Source: Amoebophrya sp. A120
Lineage: Eukaryota > Protista > Dinoflagellata
DNA: 64,000 bases
Direction: 5' to 3'
Assembly (NCBI GenBank): GCA_905178155.1
Contig: CAJINV010000004.1
Span: forward strand, 3,505,320-3,569,319
Shown here: positions 10,470-22,900 of the stretch, one piece after another
Position numbering within the stretch: the first letter of the stretch is position 1
Layout of the letters: each line of letters opens with the position of its first letter
Position numbers and translations under genes: made by a program
Notes under the pieces: generated by a model
Told to the model about the DNA's origin: nothing
The model's database searches: none
The model's input: only the letters and a program-made list of their open reading frames with translations

Positions 10470-13400
10470 ACGATAGAGAAACTTCTTCGATCAACAGCGG
10501 CGACCCGATGGAGTAAAACCTTTGTGATTTCAGAAGTTTTTTGGCTACAGCTTCACCTCGTTCGTGTTCGTTGGGAGTTCCACGCGCCATTCGTATCAGG
10601 TTTAGCAAGGCCCTAGTACTCGCAAGAAATTTAGTAGACATGGCCAAAAAGTGAAACGAATATCACACAGCTCCTGTTACGGCGGAGGCTTGCTGCAGCT
10701 GCGGTAACAACGAAACAACTTTTTTTTTACGGTGTGCTGAGGTAGAAAATTCTGATAGACATCGTCCTCGAAACATTCGCTAAATGACAACTATACCTTG
10801 CCACGAGTCGAAAGGCGGGCGTGTCGCCGCAGACTGCAGCGGAGAGGTACAAAATGGTTGTGTCGGGCGTGGTATCAAATGTAAAAGTGTCTGGGTCTGG
10901 AAGAGGAGAAGTTTGTCATGCACATTTTCCATGCTCCATGATGTCTGTGACGTATGCCATAGCATCACAGATTTTTTGAGAGCCTATCGATGCACATCCT
11001 GCAAGACAAATGCCCTCTACGCGTAGCCAAATTTGACTCCTCTTGCTGCTCATGCAATACAGATCTTTTTAGCATCCAAATGCAGCATCACAAGTTTGGC
11101 TCATCCAGACCCAGACATTTTTCCATTTGATACGTGGTCTCGTCGGGTTTCACCTTCACCGCTAGCGCCGCGTCCCGGGTGTTATCCTGTGCAAAAGTAT
11201 CGCATTCGTATAAATGCAAGTCAAATCAGGATTACAAATTATTTCTCAAGCTGAGGAAATTTGTAATGCATTTATGCGAGTACGATACTTTAACTTTTGC
11301 AGTTCATAGGTGTGCCCCCAGTTTGACACCGTGACCAGGGACACGTCCACACTGCTTCCGTTGGCGGACGAGGCGGAGTGCAGGTTCAGCCCCATCTTAT
11401 CCTAAGGCAAAACGTCCTCACCCCATAGTTGTCATGCGAATCGGCATGCTTAAAATGTTTCTCATGCGGAGCCCGATGAAAAGCGCTTTCTCGTCGTGTT
11501 TGTAATGCTCGAAGTAGCATAAGACGCTCTATCTGCAATGCTATACGCGCTAGCTTCTGAACAGGACAACACTATGAGCCCAAATCTGTCACGCGCCACA
11601 GCCAAAACTCGTTGATTTGTCTATAGCAGATTTCTCATTTTGACTCGAGTGTGCGGACGTTTTTCCACACAATACATCTCCTCATACAGCTTCAGAAAAA
11701 TCGGGGAGTGGCAGTCCTTATCAAATGCAACTATGTCTGGGTCTGGAAGATTCAAGGAGTTTGTCATGCATCTTCTGGATCACGCAACTGGTCTCTAATG
11801 CACACAAAAGCATTACAGGTTTTGCGCAGGCCTCCTGATGTCTATCCCCCATGAGAAATTCCCTATTTGCGTAGCAAAACATGAGAAGCTTTTGGAGGTG
11901 CTTATGCAATACAAATTTTGCCTATTCCAGAAATCGCATGACAAGTTCCAATTCTTCCAGACCCAGACATTTTTGCATTTGATAGTCCTCGCTGCTCAGG
12001 TAGCCGCCTAGCCGATTTATCAGAATGAAAAATCCCCCCTCCCCATATCCAAAACGAAATTTGTGATGCTGTATTTGAGTACACAAATCGACTTGTAATG
12101 CTAGAAGGCCAAGAGACGCAGCTGTGGCCTCATTTGCAGGCAACTTGTCATGCTGTTTCCCCCTTCCAGCTGCCCCGTGTCATGCTGAAGATGCAAGGCT
12201 TTCCCACGCCAACCAGCACTACAGTCCGCATCTTTTCCCTTCTAGCATGACAAGGCTGATTTGTGGCCACAAATCCGCATCACATATTTCAAGTTTGAGT
12301 ATGGGATGGGGGGATTTTTCATTTTGATACGCTTATCGCTCTGGCCCACCCCGATGAAGATCTCGCACTCCTGCCGGGGCTTAGTGACCTCGATCTTGAA
12401 CACCGGCCAGTTCTCGCTCGTGACGAAGCTCGGGAAACACCAAATCTGTTCTTCCAGCTGCCTGGGCGGCGGGGAGGCCCCGTACGTTCTTGGAACGAGG
12501 GTCGGCGCCTTGCAAAAAATAATTTTACCGGAAAATTAAAATAAAAATTATTGAAAGCAAATGCGAAAAAATAACTTTTACCTTGCTCTCCGCTCTCCGC
12601 ATTAGTTTTAGTACGAAGGTAGAGTAGCGGCCGGACCAGAATTCAAGTGGAACAATAAACGCACTGAGTAAGTACCAGGTCAGAGCCTAACGCCTTCCAA
12701 GCGGGGATCCAGGTGCTCTTCTATCCTGTGTCAAGAAAACGTCCCCGCCAGCCAAGAGTTGTCATGCAAATTACCTGCAAGCCTAATCACTAAAACGTTC
12801 ATCAAGCGCAATCCCACCACGAGTAGCGTTTTCTGATGCTATCTGAGGGCTCTCTGTCGTGCTGGAAAAATCAGGACAAGATCATCGATCAGCGATGCGG
12901 CCTCCGCACCAGCCTGAACGCTGTCCGAAAACTCCTCGATACGATTGTGTTGCGAAATTCATCCTATCTCGACTCTGGGGCGGGGTCGTTTTTCCGCAGG
13001 ATACCTCCTATCCTGTGTAAAAACGTCCCCACCCCAGAGCTCTCATGCAATTCTGCACGCCAAAAAAGTTTCTCACGCGGGGCCCTATGAAAAGCGTTTT
13101 CTAGTCGTGTTTTGGAATTTGTAATGGTAGGACCAGCATGCTACGATAGATCTGTGATGCTGCTGACCTAGCTAAAACAGGATTACACTACGAGGACAAA
13201 CTTGTCATGCCAAACAACCACAGCGGGTTGATTTGTCTAGCAGATTTCCCATCTCGGCTCTGGGGGTGGTGTCGTTTTTCCTTACGATATCTCCAGGTCG
13301 GAGGTGTTTACCAGTCTACATTCGTGAATGGACCTAAACACCTGGTGGAACACCAAAATCTCCATATCATTTGTAAAAACGTCCCCACCTCCCCAGAGTC

Positions 13401-16400
13401 TGTCAAGATGGGGATCTCGCAACACGAGTACAAAAGCTGTAGGAGTCAGCACGCATGACGAGTTTTTGCAGTCCGTACTGTACTAGTGCAGTTTAGCAAT
13501 GACAGCCAGCGCCACAAAGTCATCTACTTATCCTGGTTGCAGCATTACAAATTCCAAAACGCGATGCCTCTGATGCGCGACATGCGCATTACAAATCTTC
13601 CTGCCACTGCAAATCCGCATGACAACTCTGGGGTGGAGACGTTTTTGCTCACAATACTCCATCCACAGGTACCCATCCTTCGCCTGGTATGTGGTATCCT
13701 CTGCAAAAGTCTCGCACTCGTATTGCATTTATGCAATACAAATGCAAATCTCCTTCTTAAGGTTGAGCAGGCAAAAGCGCATTTAGAGCGGGGTAACAAA
13801 ATAAAAAAAGAGGTCCTCGGGGGACCTCTTGTCCCCCCGGCCGGGCGGACAAGAGGTCCCCCCGTTTTGCTGCCGGAGCGTCCGGCACGCGGAGTTCCCC
13901 CCCGTGTCGCCGCGTCGGATATTTCGGGCGAATCGGGGCAGGGACCTCTTGCCCCCCCCGTTGCGCAGAGAAATTGGCTATGTATTTGCTATACAGGACA
14001 AGAGGTCCCCACCGTTCGACCCGAAATGGCCGGCGCGGCGACCCGGGAGGGAGGGAACTCTACGAGCCGGCTGCTCTGGCAACAGAAGGGGGGGACCTCT
14101 TGTCTGTCCGGCCGGAGGGACAAGAGGTCCCCCGAGGACCTCTTTTTTTATTTTGTTACCCCGCTCTTACAAATTTTACTCTTTAATGCTGAGCCAATTC
14201 GTATTGCAATCTATACCAGCGCGATACTTTTGCAATCCGTATCTGGGATGGTCGGGCAACGCGGTGATTTCGTGCAGCACCTCGTTGAAGGGGCAGTTGA
14301 CAAAGAGGCACACGAGAAAATCCGTGGGCTTCGACCGCATCGGGGGTCGGGCGGTGGTTCTTCCGACGACGCCGGCCGCCGCCTGCTTCGTCTATCCTGT
14401 GTAAAAACGTCCCCACCTCCCCAGAGTTGTCATGCAAATGCGCAATGACAGGAACACTTGTAATGCGCATCTCCTTGAGAGGCATTTCCAGTCGTGTTTT
14501 GGAATTTGTAATTCTGTAAACAGGATGAGCAAATGGCTTTGTCCTGCGGCCTTCCTTGCTAACCAGCACTACACTGCAGATGGAAACTTGTCATACAGAA
14601 CTCCCAAAACTTGGAGATTTGTGTTGCAGATTTCCCATCTTGACTATGGTGTGGGGACGTTTTTACGTAGGATATCGACGACGAGATCTTGAGCGTGTCC
14701 ACCACGACATACGCCCACTCTGGGTCCAGCTTGAGACGCAAACTGCCCGCCTTCTCCTGGTCTAGCTTGGCGACAAAGAGGCGCCTATCCTAAGTAAAAA
14801 CGTCCCCGCCCCAGAGTTGTTATGCAAATGCGCAATGTTGACAGGAACATTTGTAATGCGCATCTCCATGAAAGGCATTTCCAATTGTGTTTTGGACTTT
14901 GTCATGCTGTAAACAGGATATGAGGCTGGCTTTCTCATGCTGCTGCCCTTGCTAAACAGCCGTACACTACAGATGGAAACTTGTCATGCAAAACTCCCAA
15001 AACTTGAAGATTTGCGTTGCAGATTTTCCAACTTGACTATGGGGTGGGGACGTTTTTACACAGAATAGCACTGGCGCAAGGAAAACTCCAGGTACGCGAA
15101 CAGGCGGTCGGCGGCCACGTCGTGCACGTAGAAGCGGGACCCGAGACCCCCCGTCAAATCCTCCAGCGCCTCCTCGATGTTCCCGCCCTTGCCCATCGCT
15201 AAGAAGGAGTTGTGGAGTTTCGCGTACGCCTTCTCTATCAAGGAGCTCCACTATGGGAGTGCACGACTCCCCCTGCTGCTCTCCCTCATACTCATGTGTA
15301 TTAATGCAGAATACCAAGTACACTAGAACTAGATCCTGCACTTGGGCACCAGTATCTGCATGCCAAATTTTGAAACCTCAAACAGCACGTACAATTATCC
15401 GTTTGCAGATTTTTTGCCGTGCGGAAGTAGCCACATAGCTGTCGTTGCTTGTGTTGCTGCTCTTGCCATAGTACAAATGAGGTGGACGAGAGGGGAGTTG
15501 TGAACTGTCATATCCAGGCGAACTGGGGAAAGTGCTCGCTGCGGCAGCCGAGTGGGATAAAGCCCGATTCGTGCTGGGGCAGGTAGTCGTCGACGATGAC
15601 GGACACCCAGTTGGCGTGCTTGTAGAGGCGAAACTGGTAAAAGCCCTTCGCGACACACGATAGCAGCCCCTGCTGCCCGTCCTGCATAAAAACGTCGTAC
15701 ACCAGGTGGGGTCGGGTGCTCAGCGCGTTCAAGGCGTCGATGAAGTAGCCGTTGGTAATGTTGCCCTGAAACACCTTCCCGAGATTCAGGTACAATATCC
15801 TAAGTAAAAACGTCCCCACCCCAGAGTTGTAATGCAAATGCGCAATGACAGGAACACTTGTAACGCGCATCCCCATGAGAGGCATTTCCAATCGTGATTT
15901 GGCATTTGTAATGCTGTAAACAGGATGAGAAACTGGCTTTCTTATGCGGCTCTCCTTGCTAAGCACCACTATACTACAGACGGACACTTGTCATGCACAA
16001 CTCCCAAAGCTTGGCGACTTGTGTTGCAGATTTACCAACTTGACTATGGGGTGGGGACGTTTTTGCTAAGGATATACAAGGCCGAGACCTTTTCCCGGTC
16101 CGGCACCTTCGGCGGGGCGATCAGGGCGCCCTTTTGTCAAGTGCAAAAGTGTCTGGATCTGGAAGGGTGTAAACTTGTCATGCAGATTTTCCATGACCCA
16201 TGAGGTCTGGAATGCGGGACTTAGCATGACAGAGTCTGCAAAGTTTCTGCCATGCGTATCCTGCATGAGAAACTCCCTCCCAACTTGCTCGAAAGTGGAC
16301 AGCTTTTGGCACTCATGCAACACAGATTTTTGTATGCTTCAGATTTACCATGACAAGTTACCACCTTCCAGACCCAGACATATTTGCAATGCATACCTTT

Positions 16401-18983
16401 GCCTGGGCCGCGAAGGCCTGGGTAGCGGCCGGAACGCTGGCCTGGTTCGGCCCGCCGAACTGGTCCTGCTGCTGCTGCGTATCCCTTAGAAAAAGACAGG
16501 CAAACCAACTTTGTAATGCGCAAATAAACACACAAAAAGCTCTGCACGGCATATCCTAAACAGCACGCGACGGGCCCCCGCATGACAGACTGCTCTGTTA
16601 GTTTATTTTTGCATTACAAGTATGCCCTGCCTGTCTTTTTCTATGGGATAGTGTAGCTGCGCCGCGTAGAAAGCGGTAAGCGTGTTCATGTTCTGGCCCA
16701 GCGCCGGGAGGACCTCCATCGGCAGGAACGCGCCCTATCAAAAGGAAAAAAAATCGCCGCTCCCCATATCGAAATGGAAATCTGTGATGCAGGATTGGTG
16801 TGCACACATCGGATTTGTCTTGCAGTAGAGGACTGCAGACAGATACAAAGACGGAGCAGGGGCGTTTCGGTGTAGGCGCCTAGCAAGGCAGACACATCCT
16901 CCGTAGGCCATACAGCATCACAAATTGCCCGCAGAGCGCGGCGGGGTTTTTGGATTTGCCTCCTTACGAATACAGAGGCGCTTTGTGGTCTCAAATCAGC
17001 ATCACAAATTTTTCAAAGTATCCCGCTTTGGTATAGGGAGGGGGACTTTTTCCTCACAATACGCCCTCCCCGTTAACCTCGCCGTTCCTATTACAATGAA
17101 AAACGCCCCCACCCCGGAATTTGCAGAAGTTTGTCATGCAAAGTTTCCAAATGAAAGCTTTTTGTCTTGCCTGAAAGGATTGCGAGCCCTTCTGATGCAG
17201 AATCTAGGTGCGCAAGGTGCCTTGCGCATAACAGATCCGGCTGCTGTTGGGCCCCTTCGCAACACAACTTCGAGCTATTCAGCAGGGAAAATTTGTGATG
17301 CTGAGATATGCAAGACGGGAAATGTTTCTATTGGAAAGGTTTGCAATACAAATGCTGCCAAGTGTGGGGTGGGGGCATTTTTCATTGTAATAGTTCCAGC
17401 GGGAAAGCCGCAGCCACCCAGCCGGCCCCTTCGTGATGGCGTCCAGCTCCTCAGCGCTCACGCCGCCCTCCATCACCGACATCAGGTCCTCGGGCTCGCC
17501 CCTATGCATTGCAAATATGTCTGGGTCTGGAAGGTTGCAACTTGTGATGCTGCATTTGGATACTACAAAAATCTGTATTGCGTGAACAGCAAAAGAGGCC
17601 CAGTTTGTTGCTACACGGCGAGAGGGCATTTTTCATGCGGTATAGGCATAAGGAAACCACCCTCACAAAATCTGTGATGCTACGGCATGCATCACAGACG
17701 TCAGGAGTCACGCAAACTGTGCATGACAAACCTTGCATCCTTCCAGACCCAGACATATTTGCATTTGATAGCCGCCCACCCACCACGATACCGAGTGCGC
17801 CGGGAACTATGCAAGCGCACAACCCTTTTCTCGCCCTCGTCCTTTGCACAATTTATAATTAGCCTCGCCTGACGGGTCATGCAGCTTCCACATGATAGAC
17901 CCACGCCCGGACAATTGTACGTGTGGTTTCTTTGAGCCGCATCCGGAACTTGTCATGCAAACGCGGCAAAAAAGTCTACCTCTACGCAGGACTTCGCATT
18001 TTGCATCACAAATGAACGGGACGAAGAGTTGTGCAGTCTCGTAGGAACTCGCCGGGCGACACGAAGGTGCCGTCGTCGCGGTACATCTTCTGGTCGATGT
18101 ATTCAAGAAAAAAACACCATCACAATCTTCACTTTTGCACATTTTTGCAATACAAAGATTTTTGTCATGCGCAAAAATGCATCACAATCAAGATTTATAG
18201 GCGATTTCCCTTTGTGTTTTTGCAATACAAGAAAAATTTGTAATGCAAGACAAATTTCTGACGCAAAGCCTCCTAAATGTGATTGTGATGGTGATTTTTT
18301 CTTGGATACGATGGCGCCAAGCGCCAGCGCCTATGCACTGCAAATATCTCTGGGTCTGGAAGACACGACCTCCGAGTTTGTGGTGCGACGATTCCGAGAC
18401 GAGGACACAAAAATCTGTACTGACTAAGCGGCAAACAAATCAACCTGCGTTTGACCAAGCGAAGACGGTATTTCTCATGCAAGGTAGGCAATGAAGACCC
18501 TTGCTCTCAAAACTTGTGATGCTAGTACCGCCCGCATATTTATCTTCTGGGTCGACGTGCCAAAGAACCTGGATAGGCAAACTTTGCATTCTTCCAGACC
18601 CAGACATATTTCAGCATTTGATAGCGCCCCGGGCTGGTCCATGATGTCCGCGGCACCGGGGTCCAGCGCCGTGTCCGGGGTGAGCAAGGTCTTCATCAAG
18701 TTGCGGCACATATCCCAGAGAAGAAAGCTGGCACCGGGGGTAAATACACAGAAAAATTTGTCATGGGTGGCTCCATAGCATGCTATTTCGGATATGCTTG
18801 CGTATCTATTTTTGCATTACAAGTAAGTATGACCTGCCTGCTTTTTTCTGTGTGATAGTACAGCTCTCCCGCCGACTCCCGCTCGTCGTAAAAGTCATTC
18901 TCGCCCTCGTACCACTTCTGCGCCTCCTCTTCGCCCGCAATGCTGCCGCGGAACCCGCTCGGACGCGGTTCGCGGGAGGACAT
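10470..18983 (-). CDS. Calpain-like protein (CysPc domain plus domain III), catalytic residues degenerate; split by about 22 introners and a few GT-AG introns
   Basis: Spliced motifs: [96 protein letters not shown], then domain III-like [35 protein letters not shown]. Start taken at MSSREPRPS (ATG at 18983). Confidence 0.88.
13786..14166. mobile_element. PIF/Harbinger-type (Tourist-like) MITE nested inside introner 13695-14241
   Basis: A 50-bp perfect TIR (GAGCGGGGTAACAAAATAAAAAAAGAGGTCCTCGGGGGACCTCTTGTCCC), TTA on both sides, and six GGGACCTCTTGYC motifs in alternating orientation. Confidence 0.88.
17089..17392. mobile_element. Introner family E (TIR TATTACAATGAAAAAYGCCCCCACCCC), TSD GTTCC
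   Basis: Other copies: 7955-8259 (TSD CGAAC, opposite orientation), 21293-21570 (TSD CCCGA), 22347-22659, 23187-23488. Confidence 0.92.
18100..18308. mobile_element. Introner family I (TIR TATYCAAGAAAAAAWCACCATCACAATC), TSD CGATG
   Basis: Single copy with a 28-bp inverted repeat and a perfect 5-bp repeat. Removal joins LALGAI/DQKMY in frame. Confidence 0.88.
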
Positions 18984-19976
18984 GATGTGAGTTGTCCTGA
19001 GAGTACTGCACACGAGGTCGTGGCTGTCGACGTTGATCTTCGAGTCGTGAACGTGATCGTGATGTTCACCGGAACATATACACTCGTCCTCCTCCTCCAC
19101 GGGGATTGCTTCCCGCCCTGAACGCCTTCTCAAAAACGCGTCAATACCGCAACACGACCCGGTCGTTCGCGCGAATGAAGACTACATTCTTTGTCCGCTC
19201 GTTCTATGAACAATAGTAGTAAGACCTTCGCAAATAGAGTGGCAAATGCTGGGCATGGTAGTAAACTCCTGTGGCGGGATCATGTGAGGAGAAACTTCCC
19301 GGTGCCAGCAGAGTTCGCATTCATCCTCTGTCCTTGCGACGACCTACTTCTGGATTCATCTTGACCAGCCTGTACAGAACTTCCGGTTCCAGCGGCGAGA
19401 GAGGCGCACATAAGAACGACCAAGTGCGCTATATATAATCCTTTCGCAGCTTTCACGCAAAGGATGGCGGTTAGCTGCTATGGCTTGCACACCCAGATCT
19501 GCTTCGTCTCTCGATACAAGTTAACTTGCTCTACTTCTAGGCCGCACCTTTACAACTGCAGGGGGGCCGCTTCGATCTGCTGCCTCAATTCGAATTAATT
19601 ATACTTTACACTCGCTCGAACCCACTCGCAACATCTACTCTTGTTTACCAAAGCAAAAGAACTGAAACTGATTAAGTACCGTGGATCAGCAGTGTACGGC
19701 ACTCCCTGCACCGAAACCTCCACACAATGATGGGACTGTCTCGCTGAAACGTGTCCACGTAGCAGCTCCAGCTTTTTATGTACTCATCATTTGCGAGCGG
19801 TTTTAAACAGTGCTGCCCTTCGGCCGCCGACTATGATACAATAGTGGCGCCGCAAGTCTTGCACTACAGAAGTGAATCTGGTACTGGACGTCCAATATGA
19901 TAAGAAATTTGGTGGCACTATCATGAGGTACTTTCTTACTTACAGTTGCTGCACGACTGCGCCGCACATTCACAAA

Positions 19977-22900
19977 CTACATTTCGTCCAAAAAAAATTT
20001 CACAACCGCAAGGGCATCGATGAAGTCCTTGGGCTGCACAACCCGCGCGGCAATTTCCTCGTCCGGCAGTATTTCATGACAGTGCAAAACCCCCCCTCGT
20101 CCCCCTCACTTGTATTTTTGCATGGGCAGCAATACAAACGCCCGCACCTGTGAGGCGTGTGCATGACAAGTTCATGCGCGTAATGTAGTACTGTTGCGGC
20201 TCCCAAAATCTGTCATGCAAGCAGTATCATCAGGCAGCTCTTCGATTTGGAATTTTGCGTGACAAATGAGGAGGACTGCGTTCTGTGCAGTCTCGTACGC
20301 TTGGTCGTGAATGCCGAAGGGTTCCTTGCCTCCCCACGTCTGCAGCACGCAGTAGTGCACGCCTTGCACCCCCGCATCAGTTTGCTGGTCCGCCTGTTGC
20401 TGGCTCCTCCTCCGCGCCCCAGCATGTGCCGCAGCTGCAGCACTACCTCCGCCGCCCGTGGTGCTATTAGTAGCCGCCGGCTGCTGCGCCGCACCTCCCC
20501 GCGGTTTGCTCTGCTTCTTGAGCAACTCGTTTGTGGCGTGCTTCAAAAACGCCCGGATCTCGGTGCAGCGCTGCTGCCGAATCTTTTCCACCGCGACTTC
20601 TTGGTCGTACAACATGGTTGATTTGTTTTTCCGGGAGATTTTGCTGACAAACTCCATGTTGGACAGTTCCACGCGCGGGCAGGTGCAGTGAATCTTGATC
20701 CCGTTAGTCATCAGCAGTCGCAGACGCTTTTCCAACAGAAAAATAGCACGGCACACGCAGTTTTTACATTCTACTGACGATTCGACACTATGTCTGATCG
20801 ACGTGGTGGTCCCTAGTACCTGGCATGACAGTCTGCGTTTTGCATGACGGCGAAGTCGTGCCTTCAGTGATGATGTTTTGTCTTGTGAATAATTTGCAAA
20901 GGCATCATGGCAAATAATTTCGAATGTGATATGGGCGAGCCAGCACTTTTTCACCCTGGATAATACCGCTTTTCCTCCGTCGGATCCAGGCGGACAGCTT
21001 TTTGGTAAAGTGGTGATGTGCACTTCTCAAAATCATCCTTCAAACCAATTCGACCATGCGACGAAGAAACGCCTAATTACTGGTTTTTCTGGCAGCCGCA
21101 GGCAAAAAAACACCGTAGTCCAGTGAATCTATTCAACAGATAAGGACTGCAAACACTACGACATCACGCTCCCTGTTCCTAATAGGAAGGACTGATGAAA
21201 CATTATACCTTCTCCTAGACAAAGCACAAACTGCGCGGACTGTCCCATTGCGTCCTGCAACCGCTTCAGCTGGATAAGGTTCGAGGACCCGATATCACAA
21301 TTAAAACTACCTCCCACCCGGAACTTGCAAAAGTTATTCATGCAAAGTTTCCAAATGAAAGCCTTTTGTCTTGCATGAAAGGACTGCGAGCCTTTCTGAT
21401 GCAGGATCTAGCTTCGCGGCTACTGCTGGGCTTCTTTGCAACACAGATTTGAGTATTCAGCATGGCAAATTTGTGATGCTGATGTACGCAAGAGGTCTCT
21501 ATTGGAAATAAGGTTTGCAATACAAATGCTGCCAAGTTCTGGGGCGCGGGGGGCATTTTTCATTGTGATACCCGAAGCCAGCAAGCTGGGTGCCGTCCTG
21601 GATGATCAGCCCCTCCGGATCGAAAAACACGATCCGCTGGAAGCACTGCGGCAGTGTCGGGAGCGGCGTGGTGTCGGGGGGCCCGCTGCTCGGCTGCACC
21701 GCACTGCTCGGCTGCACCGCACTGCTCGGCAGGGAGGGGTGGGGGCGGGAACCTGCATGGCCTCCCGAACCGCAGGATCCGGGGAGTGGAGCATTACTTC
21801 TCGCGTTCACGTACCGGATCTTCCCCGCGTGACCTGTAATATCATGATTTTCATTTTCAGGTGAAAGGTATAATGATTTTTGTGCATAATTTTACCAAAG
21901 CAAAGATAGAGCTTTTTACATCTGATTTCCGAAGAGAATTAGGATCCCGCACCGACAACCGGAAATAATTCGCAGCCAAAATTACCTGCGAAGTGCTCGT
22001 TTTGCTGCAGCAGCTTGGAGTGCGCGTCGTCCTGGAAATGAATTTCCAGCGTGCCGTATCCAAGTGGAAAAAAGATTGCTGGTGTAGCTTTGTGATGTTG
22101 TAGAACATGCATCATTCAAGATGGCTCCGTCTGTCATGCTGTTGCTGGTCTCTCTTGCAATGATCCAAGGCCCATTCAACATGCACTATCTTCTGCGCAT
22201 GACAGGGTTTTGTTGTCGCGCCCGAGGCCAGATTTGTGATGCTATAATTCGTCCTGAAACAAAGTTACTACGCCTACACACTTTTTTTCTTGGATATGCC
22301 ATCCGCGTTGACCCCGAGCCCGCACCAGAAGGGAATGGTGTGCGTGTATCCACCCGTTGAAAGGTGCCCCTTCCCCAGAAGTGGGCACTTACTGTTTCAT
22401 CTGATGCAAAGTTGTTTTCTATTGAAACAAACTTTTTGACTTGCATGAAAGAAGCAGCACTACGGGTCTTCCTGATCGAGACTCTAGGCGCGCAAAGCAG
22501 CAGCTTGCACACGACAAATCTCGCCCTTGCTACTTACGCATTTTTGCAACACACGCTCGTCTCACTACCCTGCATCGACAACCCGCGTTGCGGTTGCTTA
22601 TATTTGCAAGGCAAATGCTTCCGAGGCCTGGGGTCGGGGCGGCACTTTTCAGTATGATAACGTAGCGCTGCTCTCGTCGTCCGCGCCGGCCTCACATCCA
22701 CTGCAAATGCGTCTGGATCTGGAAAGCAGTCTCTCATGCGTGCTGGTACAGCGCAGTGCAAATGCCGCATTTTTCCTGCACGACAAACACGCCCAAGGTC
22801 GTTTGAAGGAAATGTTGTTGGTCATCAACATGCAATACAGATTCAACACAGAGGAATGCAAAACACACAACACGCGTCGTACTATTCTGGCTTCATCTCT

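Noticed and set aside
13486-14448. 320-aa plus-strand ORF as a possible transposase
   Set aside because: It runs through two introners, the MITE and antisense exon sequence, with no DDE or other domain motif.
7955-18857. Repeats alternating with short unique segments, superficially CRISPR-like or integron-like
   Set aside because: The repeats are long, heterogeneous and TIR-bounded, the 'spacers' are exons of a eukaryotic gene, and there are no cas or integrase genes.
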